Positions 22,093-32,548 are shown, counted from the stretch's first letter. The stretch is DNA of 64,000 nucleotides from Thiotrichales bacterium (GCA_947478175.1 CANJUQ010000002.1:49758-113757), one strand, 5' to 3'. Notes: generated from the sequence alone by a model not told the origin. Made by a program: numbers and translations.

Positions 22093-23706
22093 TTGATACG
22101 GCCATTTTTTTTATCTTTATTTTGCCTGTTCTTTTTATCTTTCTCCGCCGTTTCCCTTTATGCAGACATGCCATCTCTTGAACAACAGCTAGGCCTTCCA
22201 GCCACTAATTCTCTAGATCCTCAAAACCAACCGCTCCCAGCTAACCAAGCTTTTCAACTTCAATCTCAAGTCTTTCCTGGCAAAGTCATTCTCCAATTTT
22301 CAATCGCCCCCAGTTATGCGCTTTATCAAAATCGCTTTGCGTTTACTTTATCTCCAGAGACAAATCCCAAAAATTCCCAAAATACTCAAACTCAAATCGG
22401 CCCCGTGAATTTTCCCTTGGGAATCACTAAAGAAGATCCCGTCTTTGGAAAACAAATTGAATATCAAAATTCTCTAACTCTCATCATTCCTATTTTGGGA
22501 CCCGCTTTTCATAAACCCTTATTAGACATCGCTTATCAAGGCTGCTCGGCTCAGCTTTGCTATCCTGTTTTGCACCAAACTATTAATTTAATTCCCAATC
22601 CATCTGCGCAAAATTTAACTCAAAATTTAACTCAGAATTCTCTTCAAAATAATTCAAAAAAACAGACCATAAAATCCACAAAACCCTGGTGGTTAGCTTT
22701 AATCAGCCTATTTATTTTGGGAATCTTACTAGCCTTTACGCCCTGTATTTGGCCACTTTACCCCATCTTGTCTGGCATTATTTTGGGTCAAGAAAAAAGA
22801 ACAAATTATAAAAGTTTAATTTTGTCTTTAAGTTATGTCCTCGGCATGAGTATTAGCTACGCATTTTTAGGCTGGCTGATTACAAAACTAGGCGCCAGTT
22901 TTCAAGCTGACTTTCAACGCCCTGAAGTCGTTATTGTCATAGCGCTGGTTTTAATTTTGATGGCGCTATCCATGTTCGGAATTTATTCCCTACAACTGCC
23001 TACTTTTATGCGTCACTGGGTCAGCCTCGCCGATCAAAAACTCAAAGGCGGATCGTTCTTGGGTGTATTTCTAATGGGCGTGATTTCCATCTTAGTGATC
23101 TCCCCTTGTGCTAGTGCGCCTTTGATTGCCGTGTTAAGTCTTATGATTCAGACCGGCAATACGCTCTTAGGGGCTATTTCTTTATTTATATTAGCCCTGG
23201 GCATGGGCGTTCCTTTAGTTTTAATCAGCCTAGGTTTAGGCAAATTCTTACCCAAAACGGGCCCTTGGATGCAGCGCGTTCGGCGCTTGATCGGGGTTTT
23301 GATGCTGATCATTGCGGCGTATCTATTATTCAGATTAATCCCTATGCCTTGGCTTGAGAGATCCTCTGTCCGAGTGACTAATTTACCTGCTTTAGAAGCT
23401 GAAATTCAGAAGGCCCACCCACCTGTTTTATTAGATTTTTATGCCAGCTGGTGCATAGAGTGTCGCGGCCTTGCCAGTACGTTAGATAATCCAGAACTAG
23501 AACCTTTATTAAAAAACGGGACCGTGATCCAAATTGATGTCACACAAGACACCCCCAGTTCTAATATTCTTATGAAGACTTATCATGTTTTGGGATTACC
23601 CACCCTGATTTTATTAAATAATCAAAAGCAAGAAGCCTGGCGATCTGAGGGTAATATTCCATTAGAAAAATTAAAAAATGCGCTGGTTCAAGAAGAAAAA
23701 TCTTAA
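22093..23706 (+). CDS. dsbD: Thiol:disulfide interchange protein DsbD
   Basis: Signal peptide, YQGC...CYP, FTPCIWP, SPCASAP, thioredoxin WCIEC. Confidence 0.93.
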   Translation: MIRPFFLSLFCLFFLSFSAVSLYADMPSLEQQLGLPATNSLDPQNQPLPANQAFQLQSQVFPGKVILQFSIAPSYALYQNRFAFTLSPETNPKNSQNTQTQIGPVNFPLGITKEDPVFGKQIEYQNSLTLIIPILGPAFHKPLLDIAYQGCSAQLCYPVLHQTINLIPNPSAQNLTQNLTQNSLQNNSKKQTIKSTKPWWLALISLFILGILLAFTPCIWPLYPILSGIILGQEKRTNYKSLILSLSYVLGMSISYAFLGWLITKLGASFQADFQRPEVVIVIALVLILMALSMFGIYSLQLPTFMRHWVSLADQKLKGGSFLGVFLMGVISILVISPCASAPLIAVLSLMIQTGNTLLGAISLFILALGMGVPLVLISLGLGKFLPKTGPWMQRVRRLIGVLMLIIAAYLLFRLIPMPWLERSSVRVTNLPALEAEIQKAHPPVLLDFYASWCIECRGLASTLDNPELEPLLKNGTVIQIDVTQDTPSSNILMKTYHVLGLPTLILLNNQKQEAWRSEGNIPLEKLKNALVQEEKS

Positions 23707-23724
23707 ATAAAACAAACTATTAAT

Positions 23725-23785
23725 ATTATGCCGTGAGCATTATGTTCTGACAATTATGTATAACCCATAATGGATCAGGTATAAT
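23725..23785. promoter_or_regulatory. 14-bp-period operator-like array upstream of the ATPase gene
   Basis: ATTATG at 23725, 23739, 23753, then inverted CATAAT 23766 and TATAAT 23780. Confidence 0.65.
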
Positions 23786-23827
23786 CACCCCCTCACAAAA
23801 TCAATCAAAAAAACAGGCCAAAAAATC

Positions 23828-24937
23828 ATGTCTCTCATGTTCCCAGCCGGACTTGCTATGGGCGAGGCGTTTTATGATCGAGTGAACGAACGTCAATTTT
23901 TAAAGAAAAATATCACTCATGGCTTACATACTGTTTTAATTGCTCCCAGAAGATTTGGAAAAACTTCCCTCATCAAAAAAACACTCGACGAAATGGAAAT
24001 TTTATATTTATGGCTCGACTTCATGGCGATTACTTCTCAAGAAGAAGCTCAAATCAGATTTTTAAATCACATCGGTGAACTGGTTATAAAAATAGCAAAA
24101 ACAGAAGAACGGCTTAAAAAAATTGCCCCTCAATATTTTCAACTATTTAAACCAGAGATCAGCTTGGGGATTCCTGGTTTTTTAAAAATTAGCTTTAAAG
24201 CCGACAATATCCCACAGGTCGGCATCAGTGCTGCTCTCATTAGCCTAGACCTACTGGCTCAAGCCTCAGGGATACGACTCGCCATTGTCTGTGATGAGTT
24301 TCAAGAAATTGTTGGAATAGACAAAGAAGCCACCCTCCAAGCTTCTATCAGACATGCTGCTGAACGCGCACAAGCCATTACTTATTTATTTTCAGGCAGC
24401 AAACATCGCCCCTTACGTCGCTTATTTAATGGCAAACAAAACCCACTCTACGAACTCTGCGATCAGATGACTCTTAATAGAATCTCAGAAGAAGATTATC
24501 GGGAATATTTACAACAAGAAGCTAAGAAAAAATGGGGACATCCTTTAGGCGGAGAAGTCCTTCGAAAAATTTTTTATTACACTGATTATTACCCCAAATA
24601 TATCAACGCCCTCTGCGCAAAAATCTGGTTCTCTGGCTTAGAACCCACCCCAGAACTAGTAGACACCCTATGGGGAAATTATATTTTTTCTAAAAAATCA
24701 GACATCGCCGAAGAACTAGATGACCTGACCTTGAACCAAAGAAAACTTTTAAAATATTTATGCTTCAATCCCACAGAATTTCCTTTTAGTCATGAGACTT
24801 CTCTCAGATCTGGCATGCCTGCCTCGGCTATTCAAACAGCACTTCCAGTCTTACTAGACAGAGATTTAGTGATTGAACTAGAAGGCATTCACACTGTTTT
24901 AGATCCTACTTTTAGATCTTATTTTGAGATGTTTTAA
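23828..24937 (+). CDS. AAA-type P-loop ATPase (archaeal-ATPase-like) with C-terminal winged helix
   Basis: APRRFGKTS, VCDEFQE, LFSGS, YPKYIN; C-terminal HTH-like region. Confidence 0.82.
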   Translation: MSLMFPAGLAMGEAFYDRVNERQFLKKNITHGLHTVLIAPRRFGKTSLIKKTLDEMEILYLWLDFMAITSQEEAQIRFLNHIGELVIKIAKTEERLKKIAPQYFQLFKPEISLGIPGFLKISFKADNIPQVGISAALISLDLLAQASGIRLAIVCDEFQEIVGIDKEATLQASIRHAAERAQAITYLFSGSKHRPLRRLFNGKQNPLYELCDQMTLNRISEEDYREYLQQEAKKKWGHPLGGEVLRKIFYYTDYYPKYINALCAKIWFSGLEPTPELVDTLWGNYIFSKKSDIAEELDDLTLNQRKLLKYLCFNPTEFPFSHETSLRSGMPASAIQTALPVLLDRDLVIELEGIHTVLDPTFRSYFEMF

Positions 24938-25513
24938 ATGCTAAATAATTCCCCGAAAACTCTAAAAACCTGCATCATCGTCGACCGCGATGGCGTCATT
25001 AATTTTGATTCGCCTGACTATATAAAAACCCCTGACGAATGGATCCCCATCCCTGGCAGCCTCGAAGCCATCGTAAAATTCAATCAGGCTGGTATCCCCG
25101 TTGCAATGGCGACTAATCAAGCCGGCCCGGCTCAGGGAAAATTTTCACATGAAAATTCAGAAAAAATCTTTAACAAAATGCTAGAAAATTTAAAAAATCT
25201 GGGGGGCCATTTTGATTATATAGCCCAGTGTAAACATCATCCTGAGGACCACTGTGAATGCCGAAAACCAAAACCCGGTTTACTAATAGAAATCTCCAAA
25301 AAACTAAATATTAATTTATCTAACTGTATTTTTATTGGCGATAGCTTGAAAGATATTCAAGCTGCTCAAAGTGCCGGCGTAAAACCCATCTTAGTTTTGA
25401 CAGGGAATGGCTTAAAGACTCAAGAAAAATTAAAAAAAATAAATCTCTCAATAGATATTTATTTAAATCTTCAGCAGTTTTCAGAGCATTATTTTAATAC
25501 CCCTAAGATCTAA
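24938..25513 (+). CDS. gmhB: D-glycero-D-manno-heptose 1,7-bisphosphate phosphatase
   Basis: DRDGVIN, TNQ, CKHHPEDHCECRKPKPG, IGDS. Confidence 0.93.
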   Translation: MLNNSPKTLKTCIIVDRDGVINFDSPDYIKTPDEWIPIPGSLEAIVKFNQAGIPVAMATNQAGPAQGKFSHENSEKIFNKMLENLKNLGGHFDYIAQCKHHPEDHCECRKPKPGLLIEISKKLNINLSNCIFIGDSLKDIQAAQSAGVKPILVLTGNGLKTQEKLKKINLSIDIYLNLQQFSEHYFNTPKI

Positions 25514-26138
25514 GATTGACGCTCTGAACAAAGTCCTTAATCAGCTTTGGTGAGACTTCTTCCCATTGGCTCAAAGTCATACGATATAAAACTTGCCTAG
25601 AAAAAAAATGCTCTTTTGAGACTCTAGGATGATAAAAATCATCTTTGGATTCATGAGTCATTCCAAGCTTTTCCATGATGCGAATAGATTTTTTATTCAA
25701 TAGAGAAGTAATCGACACTATTTCAGGTAACTTCTGTTTTGAAAAAGCCCATTGCAAAACAAAGGCTGCGGCCTCTATCGCATAACCCTTTCCCCAATGA
25801 TTTCTGACTAGCTTCCAACCAACACCAACGGCAGGCGTGAAATGCGCTTTAAAATCATGAATGGTTAGTCCCACAGATCCAATGAACTCACCCGTAGATT
25901 TGAGCTCGCAAGCCCACAAACAAAAACCAAGATTTTCAAATTCTTTTCTTCTAGCAGCTATTTGATTATTACTTTCTTCAATAGTTAGAAGACCCGGGGT
26001 AAAACGCATGACTTCTTTATCTTGGTTCATCGCTGAAAATGGCTCTAAATCTTGATCTCTCCAAGGTCGTATGATCAATCGATGCGTTTTAATAGAAAAT
26101 TCAGACTGGGTTTGTCCATCACTCATCAATACTTTCAA
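25503..26138 (-). CDS. GNAT acetyltransferase (RimJ/RimL-like)
   Basis: IKTHRLIIRPW, HWGKGYAIEAA, N..SIRIMEKLGM; TTG start overlaps the ATP-grasp stop (alternative ATG 26126). Confidence 0.9.
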   Translation of the reverse strand: MKVLMSDGQTQSEFSIKTHRLIIRPWRDQDLEPFSAMNQDKEVMRFTPGLLTIEESNNQIAARRKEFENLGFCLWACELKSTGEFIGSVGLTIHDFKAHFTPAVGVGWKLVRNHWGKGYAIEAAAFVLQWAFSKQKLPEIVSITSLLNKKSIRIMEKLGMTHESKDDFYHPRVSKEHFFSRQVLYRMTLSQWEEVSPKLIKDFVQSVNLRS

Positions 26139-27409
26139 TCTATGCCTATGACAGAAACACTCTGAAAATTCTTGAGAATCTCAAAGTCATTTTCCAAAAT
26201 CTCATGATCATCATTCCAAGCTTCTATGCTGGCTGATATATCTCTTAATCCCTTGCATCCCGACATTTCACTTCCAATATCAACTAACCATTTTATTTTG
26301 TGCTGGCTTTTTATATTGGGAATCAGAAGCTCTTTAACAACACCAGGAATCATTGGGAAAATACCGCTTAAATAGTGCGTTTTTATTTCCATGGATAAGG
26401 GCGAATCTGGAAGCGTAAATGGGATCTGCATTTCAATTTTGAAAGCAATATCTTCGAAACCAATGCCGTATTCTTTTTTGTACATTGGCGTAACAACAGC
26501 GCCTGGACTTCTCGCAGCAATTTCTAAAAATACTATTTCACCAGAATCTTTGATAAACATTTCGTGGTGGCTGGTCCCTGTATGAAAGTCTAGGGTATCC
26601 AAAACAGATTCATTGAAAGAAAAAATTCTTTTTACAATGGGGTCCTTATTTTCCAAGGGAAAGCTAATGACTGATTTCCCAAGTTGAAAATCAAAGTTTG
26701 GGTTGGTGTACTGACAACAGACTGCAAAGAGTGTTTTGCCATTCTGACGAATGGTATCGCAATGATATAAAGTCCCAGAAATAAACTCTTCAACTTCATA
26801 CTCCATATGGCTAGAAGTATTTTTTAATGCACCGCCAAGTTCTTTCAAAGAATGAATAATCTCAACCCCTGCACCACCCAATAATTTTGTTGGTTTTATT
26901 ACAAAGGGCAGCTTGAATTCTGTTTTTAGATTTTCAAATAAAAGATCAATTTTACTGTCATGTTCAGAAACAAATTTCTTGTATTTTGGAAGACGAATGT
27001 TGGCTTTACCCAAAGCATCTTTCATTAAAACTTTATCTCTAAAAACCAAAGTTTGTTCAAAGCCCATGCCTGGTATCTTCAGTTCATCTCTTAGTTGGGC
27101 AGCTAAAAGAAGATTATCTTCAGACTGACAAATGACTCTAAGAAATTCAGAGTTTTTTAATTCTTCTTGAATAATTTTTTTTGCAAAAGAAAAATTTATT
27201 TTCTCAAGATGCGCGGACTCAGGCTCTGGCGAAGCTTCAATGCGTGAAAAATATTTTCCATAAAGCGCATTAAATTTTTTGAAATCATGACTTGATGTAA
27301 TAGCCACTAATCTAATTTTATTTTTAGATAAATCCTCTAAGTCATAATTCATCATCTTTGTGCAGGTGTTAATAATCACTGCTGTTTTCATTGAAATCAT
27401 TGAAAGCAT
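26135..27409 (-). CDS. ATP-grasp ligase (L-amino-acid ligase-like)
   Basis: FRDKVLMK, PFVIKPT..GGAGV, VEEFISG, HHEMF, FLEIAARSPG; GGAGA RBS 6 nt before ATG 27409. Confidence 0.88.
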   Translation of the reverse strand: MLSMISMKTAVIINTCTKMMNYDLEDLSKNKIRLVAITSSHDFKKFNALYGKYFSRIEASPEPESAHLEKINFSFAKKIIQEELKNSEFLRVICQSEDNLLLAAQLRDELKIPGMGFEQTLVFRDKVLMKDALGKANIRLPKYKKFVSEHDSKIDLLFENLKTEFKLPFVIKPTKLLGGAGVEIIHSLKELGGALKNTSSHMEYEVEEFISGTLYHCDTIRQNGKTLFAVCCQYTNPNFDFQLGKSVISFPLENKDPIVKRIFSFNESVLDTLDFHTGTSHHEMFIKDSGEIVFLEIAARSPGAVVTPMYKKEYGIGFEDIAFKIEMQIPFTLPDSPLSMEIKTHYLSGIFPMIPGVVKELLIPNIKSQHKIKWLVDIGSEMSGCKGLRDISASIEAWNDDHEILENDFEILKNFQSVSVIGID

Positions 27410-27425
27410 TGAAAGTCTCCTAGTC

Positions 27426-28589
27426 TTAGAATTTTTTACATAAAAATAAAAGCGCAATGACGGCTGCAGTCAATCCGCTGAGATACCAAATTAAATTTCC
27501 ATCATAGGCATAGACGCTCATGCCCAGCATGGGTGAGAAAAATGAAGCTAATGAAAATACCGTCTGGTAAAGCCCCATGCTCCCGCCCTTTTTTTCGCCA
27601 GAAGCGCGAAGCAACATGGCTAGCTGAGCCGGGAACAAAATAATTTCTCCAAACGTCCATAAAACACAAGAAAAAATGACTAAAAGAACATCTTTTGCCC
27701 AAGGTAATACAAGAAAACCAAGACCGATGAGTAGCACACCAGAGGCACATACAAAATTAGATTTTTTATTTTTTAATATATGCGTGATGGGGACTTGAAA
27801 AAATGCAATCAAAACGCCGCTGATGACATATAAAAAAGAAATAAAACTGGGAGTGAAATTCTGACTGTTTTTTAAGAACAAAGGATAAGTAGAAAGACTC
27901 TGGTTAAAAACAAGTAAAATAAAAAACATCAGCACTAGCAAAAAATAAAAATTAGATTGACTGACTTGGCTTTGATTATTCCCTGTGGCTTCACTCTTGG
28001 GATTTTTATTTAATTTTTGATCTTTCATAGAAAAAATAATTAAAAAAGAAATCAGAGAAGAAAAAGCATTAAAGACAAACACAAAATAAATATCTTTGCT
28101 TGCTAAAAAACCAGAAATCGCCGCACCAAAAGCCATTCCAAGATTAATAGCCACCCTTCTTAGGGCGACAATTTTTTCTAGAGATCCCTGATGCTCGCCA
28201 TGTGTGATCGTCAGTATGAAGGCCGGTCTAAAAATATTGGACGAAACGCCGAAGCCACACATCAAAATAATCAATAAGAGGGGGACTTTTATGACACCCA
28301 AAGGAAAAAGTAAGAGCGCACTTGAAAGCAAACTTATTTTGCAAACTCTCAAAGGGGTTAGCCGATCACTCAATAGGCCACCCAGATAACCGCCCACAAT
28401 GCTAAAAAAACCAAAAAGAGAGAGCACGATTCCAATCTCTATGACGCTGTAATGCAGCGAATTTAAATAAAGCGATAAATAAATAATGATCATTAAGCTC
28501 ATGGCGTTAATAAATCCTGCGGAAAATATTCTCCAGGTCTCTTTCGAGAATCCTTTATAAGGGACCAGTAAATAATTGACGGCTTTCAT
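27426..28589 (-). CDS. MFS efflux transporter
   Basis: GGLLSDRL motif A, INLGMAFGAAISG, about 12 TM segments. Confidence 0.9.
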   Translation of the reverse strand: MKAVNYLLVPYKGFSKETWRIFSAGFINAMSLMIIIYLSLYLNSLHYSVIEIGIVLSLFGFFSIVGGYLGGLLSDRLTPLRVCKISLLSSALLLFPLGVIKVPLLLIILMCGFGVSSNIFRPAFILTITHGEHQGSLEKIVALRRVAINLGMAFGAAISGFLASKDIYFVFVFNAFSSLISFLIIFSMKDQKLNKNPKSEATGNNQSQVSQSNFYFLLVLMFFILLVFNQSLSTYPLFLKNSQNFTPSFISFLYVISGVLIAFFQVPITHILKNKKSNFVCASGVLLIGLGFLVLPWAKDVLLVIFSCVLWTFGEIILFPAQLAMLLRASGEKKGGSMGLYQTVFSLASFFSPMLGMSVYAYDGNLIWYLSGLTAAVIALLFLCKKF

Positions 28590-28647
28590 CTGTGATTAAT
28601 TTTCCAAAGAAATTTATTGCTATCTATTGGGCTCAGCCATTTTATTT

Positions 28648-29640
28648 TTAAAGTTTCGACTGTATTTGATGCGTGACCATTGTGAGCTCTCTAATAGGCG
28701 TTTTTCTTAAATAAGCATGAATATTTTCAACTGCCTCTCGAAAATAAAATCCATAGTTTTCTTCTGTGACATAACCAATATGCGGAGTTGCCAGGACATT
28801 GGGCAAGCTCCGAAATGGATGATCAAGGGGTAATGGCTCTATGTTAAATACATCCAGACCCGCACCAGCGATTTGGCCGCTTTTTAATGCGACGATCAAA
28901 TCGTCTTCATTCACAATGGCTGCTCTTGAAGTATTAATCAGATAAGCACTGGGTCGCATCGTTAAAAAATCTTTCGCACCAATAAGATTTTTAGTTCTTT
29001 CGCTCAAAACCAAATGTACAGAAACAAAATCACTAGATTCTAATAAATCTTGTTTAGAGCTTGCTAAAGAAATACCGAGAGAATCTGTTTTATCTTTTGT
29101 TAAATTTTGGCTCCATGCCATAACATCCATTCCAAATGCTTTTCCAATTTTTGCAACTTGAGTGCCAATTTTACCAAGACCTAAGATACCCAGGCGTTTT
29201 CCATGCAAGCCAATACCTACCGTGCTTTGCCAAGGTCCCGACTGTCTCAACAAAAGAGATTCTTTTGTAATATGACGAGCCAGGCCAAGAATTAAAGCCC
29301 ACGTATGTTCAATAGGAGGCTCCGGCAGGCTTCTTGTCCCACAAACGACGATTCCATTTCTACTCGCAAAATTAAGATCAATCGCTGCATTGCGCATTCC
29401 CGAGGTCACTAATAATTTTAACTTAGGCAATTTTGACAGAAGCTCTGCATCAAACACTGTTCGTTCACGCATCATCACTAAGATTTCTTGATCTTTAATT
29501 TTTTCTATCAACTGCGCTTGAGCTGAAGGTGGATAATAAGTGCTGATAAATTGAGTTTTTACTTGGTCTTTTAGCGATGACCAATCAGCCATTCTTTCTG
29601 CTACTTTTTGATAATCATCGAGCACAGTGCAATTAAGCAT
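28648..29640 (-). CDS. D-isomer-specific 2-hydroxyacid dehydrogenase
   Basis: VLDDYQ, GLGKIG, INTSR, AGLDVFNIEPL, TPHIG; AGGAGG RBS before ATG 29640. Confidence 0.92.
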   Translation of the reverse strand: MLNCTVLDDYQKVAERMADWSSLKDQVKTQFISTYYPPSAQAQLIEKIKDQEILVMMRERTVFDAELLSKLPKLKLLVTSGMRNAAIDLNFASRNGIVVCGTRSLPEPPIEHTWALILGLARHITKESLLLRQSGPWQSTVGIGLHGKRLGILGLGKIGTQVAKIGKAFGMDVMAWSQNLTKDKTDSLGISLASSKQDLLESSDFVSVHLVLSERTKNLIGAKDFLTMRPSAYLINTSRAAIVNEDDLIVALKSGQIAGAGLDVFNIEPLPLDHPFRSLPNVLATPHIGYVTEENYGFYFREAVENIHAYLRKTPIRELTMVTHQIQSKL

Positions 29641-29843
29641 GGAAAGCCTCCTAGAACCTGGAAAAAATACATTTGCTATATGGGCTGGTTTTTTGGATGA
29701 AACTAAAGAGAGTCTTTGTAAATTTCTAATCATATTTTCGGGCGTCTTTCTGATAAAAAATAAAAATAACTTTATGCATTTATGTATTAAAAAATTTAAA
29801 AATATTACATTACATTCTGTTCAGCTTAATCCGGAGATTCGTC

Positions 29844-30908
29844 ATGTTTACAACATGCTCGCAATATACAGAAATTACATTGACCGACAAAGAGCGTCTT
29901 AATATTGCAGAGGGCTTGTCAGATATAAAATACGACCCCAATGGCAATGATAACTACATCTGTGACGTGAGAATTTCGGCTTATAGATTCTTCCCAGAAC
30001 GGGTATTGAAAATCTTTGAAAAAGAAAAAGCTTCTTGCAATCCATCCCCATGCATCGTGATTAATAACCTACCCATAGATGACAAAATATCGGGCAGTCC
30101 TTCCTTTGAAGAAACTGGTCTTTCTTATAAATCTGGAACATTAAGCGAAAATACAATCATTGCCGTTTCTTTACTTTTAGGAGAGCCCTACTCGGTTAAA
30201 TTTGAGGGACTTGAGCTGGTTAATAATATTGTCCCCCACAAGAATCATTTAGATAAATATACGGGCCTTGGATCAAAAGCAGAGTTAGATCTTCATATAG
30301 AAAATTCTGCGTTGAAATTTATATTTGACGATGATTGCTCACCCTCAGGGGTCCTACTTCTTGGCTTAAGACAAGACCCAAACGCCTCTGTTAACACCTA
30401 TTTTTCAGATGCTTGTTTAGCCTTAAAATTACTCGATAGTGAGACTCTAAAAATTCTAAAGTCACCCCTTTTCAATGTAAAACTCCCCTATAGATGGCGG
30501 GAAATTATGAAAAGAACAATGACAGCCAAAGTACCGCTTATCTCCGGACCCGATCATTCGCCGAGAATTCATGCTGCTTTTTATCCTGACATGGTTCACA
30601 TAGATGACAAAGAGGCTCGAGCCGCCTTCGATAAGTTTTATTACGCTTTAAAGAAAGTGTCTGTCGGAATCGATATCAAACCAGGACAGTTGGTTTACGT
30701 AAATAATAGGTTTTCATTGCATGCTCGTGGCTCATTTGATCCTACTTATGATGAAAATGGATTGGGATATAGATGGCTTCAACGTACTTTTATAACGCAA
30801 GATTTATGGGCCATGCGAGATTTCAGGCTAACCGGCAGAATTTATGATCCTGGTTTAACAATGATTAAATCCATTGTTGATTTGGAAGAGCCCCTAACTG
30901 TCTCATGA
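29844..30908 (+). CDS. Fe(II)/2-oxoglutarate dioxygenase, TauD/clavaminate synthase-like
   Basis: LDLHIEN (HxE), NNRFSLHARGSF (distal His), RWLQR. Confidence 0.88.
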   Translation: MFTTCSQYTEITLTDKERLNIAEGLSDIKYDPNGNDNYICDVRISAYRFFPERVLKIFEKEKASCNPSPCIVINNLPIDDKISGSPSFEETGLSYKSGTLSENTIIAVSLLLGEPYSVKFEGLELVNNIVPHKNHLDKYTGLGSKAELDLHIENSALKFIFDDDCSPSGVLLLGLRQDPNASVNTYFSDACLALKLLDSETLKILKSPLFNVKLPYRWREIMKRTMTAKVPLISGPDHSPRIHAAFYPDMVHIDDKEARAAFDKFYYALKKVSVGIDIKPGQLVYVNNRFSLHARGSFDPTYDENGLGYRWLQRTFITQDLWAMRDFRLTGRIYDPGLTMIKSIVDLEEPLTVS

Positions 30909-30943
30909 AAGAGCTCATCTCGACCCTCCCATCATGCCTTCAT

Positions 30944-32548
30944 TCAACCCAACCCTGTTTCATCTTTCCCCCTGGCAAATGCAAACCGGGATTCATCAGG
31001 CATTCTTTCCATCGGTGAATGCGCCCCCCCCATCACGACCAAAGAGGTTTTTCCTGGCGCCCTTTCTGGAAATTCTTTAGAAACAACCCGCTGGGCCTTT
31101 AATTCAAGAATCTCTTTACGCAAGGTAATCACTTGATGCCGAGTTCCCTCAACCTCTCTTCTAAAAAACTCATTAGCAGAACTAGAGGCTACTAATTCTT
31201 GCTGCGTCCGTGCCAACTCACCACGAAGACTTTGCAAAGCCTTATTCAATCCATCTCGCTCTGCTTTAAAATCTGATTTTTCTTTTTCAAATTTTTTTCT
31301 ATCTGACAGGGCCTCTTTTAAAGATTGCCCAACCCTCTGGGATTCAGCTTGGACCCTTGCAAGTTCTTTACTTTTTTGATCCAGCACCTTACGCATATCT
31401 TTTAATTCTTTTTTAGAATCTGCCTCTAATACCCCTTTCCCAAAAGCAACAGCAGCCAACTCACGCCCTAGCACTCCTAATCGCTCTTCTAAAAAATCTA
31501 TTCGATCCAAACGCTTTGTCGTATGCGTATCTAGCCATTTTGGACACCCTGTCACACGGAGTTGATTAAGAGGTTTCAGTCCTAAGCTTTTCAGGAAAGC
31601 AATAGACTCTAACATTCTCCCCAGTTTCGGGGAGTTACTCAGAGCCTGCAAACAGGTCGCCTCCAAAATACTTTTACTCGCCGCTTGAAGTGCCACACTC
31701 AATGCATTGACTGGATGCCGACCCCCAGTAGAAGCCATAGAAGATGGCAAGCTACTACTGACAGCCTCATAGGGACTATCCATGGTGGCCGCCAGATCCT
31801 CTTCTGACAGATAGATAGCGATCTCTCGCAGCCAATTCACACGACCTAAAAGCGCCGCTCGAAGCAATAAAGTAGAACCCTCATGAGCCCCACTGGTCTG
31901 GGTTAATAATTGATGCCACCCAATCGAATCTTCTTTTGCAAAATGCTGGGTTAACAAGTGAAATTTTTCAAAATTTTGAGCCTCATAGACTGGGCAGAGC
32001 AGCGCAAAATTCAAATACACACCTAGCTCTGAGGGAACTAGAAGGGTTCTCGCCAATATCACTTGAAAATAATCAAAACTAGGAATCACCAACGCATAGG
32101 ACAGCAACGATATATTTTGTTCTGCAGGCCCATCCCTGTCATCAGGACTCACCATATGAGTTCGGTATTTTTTTTCAAAAGCCCCATCACTCTTTTTTCC
32201 TGCTGTATAGAGAATTCTAAGAACAGTTTTCTGCCCCTGAATGATAGGCGGAGGAGTCTGCTCAGCGAGTTCATAAAAAATGGGCAAATGACCTTCTTTA
32301 TCTTCAGGAATTTTTGAGTCGTCCCACTCTTCTGTATCTGCTGTATCCCCAGAATCCACAGAGCCCTCAGAATCTATGACGGCAACACCTGCTCCCGAAG
32401 GACCCGAGACGTCCGAAACAGTTTTTGCATGTTCAATCAAAAGCGCACTTAACAATTTTTCCGACGGCGCCCCGGCGACAGGATTCTCTAAAACAACCTG
32501 ACTAGAAGCCGCACCCGAAGTCTCTTTCTTTTTTTTCTCTTTTGGCAT
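30944..32548 (-). CDS. Hypothetical protein with basic N-terminus, ankyrin-like segments and coiled coil
   Basis: MPKEKKKKE, STLLLRAALLGRVNWL, NALSVALQAA, heptad-rich C-terminal third; paralog of 32580-34295. Confidence 0.8.
   Translation of the reverse strand: MPKEKKKKETSGAASSQVVLENPVAGAPSEKLLSALLIEHAKTVSDVSGPSGAGVAVIDSEGSVDSGDTADTEEWDDSKIPEDKEGHLPIFYELAEQTPPPIIQGQKTVLRILYTAGKKSDGAFEKKYRTHMVSPDDRDGPAEQNISLLSYALVIPSFDYFQVILARTLLVPSELGVYLNFALLCPVYEAQNFEKFHLLTQHFAKEDSIGWHQLLTQTSGAHEGSTLLLRAALLGRVNWLREIAIYLSEEDLAATMDSPYEAVSSSLPSSMASTGGRHPVNALSVALQAASKSILEATCLQALSNSPKLGRMLESIAFLKSLGLKPLNQLRVTGCPKWLDTHTTKRLDRIDFLEERLGVLGRELAAVAFGKGVLEADSKKELKDMRKVLDQKSKELARVQAESQRVGQSLKEALSDRKKFEKEKSDFKAERDGLNKALQSLRGELARTQQELVASSSANEFFRREVEGTRHQVITLRKEILELKAQRVVSKEFPERAPGKTSLVVMGGAHSPMERMPDESRFAFARGKDETGLG

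Noticed and set aside
29641-29733. 31-aa Arg/Lys/Ser-rich N-terminal extension of the dehydrogenase resembling a mitochondrial targeting peptide
   Set aside because: A strong AGGAGG RBS precedes ATG 29640, where family similarity begins; the extension is probably untranslated (N-terminal proteomics would settle it)
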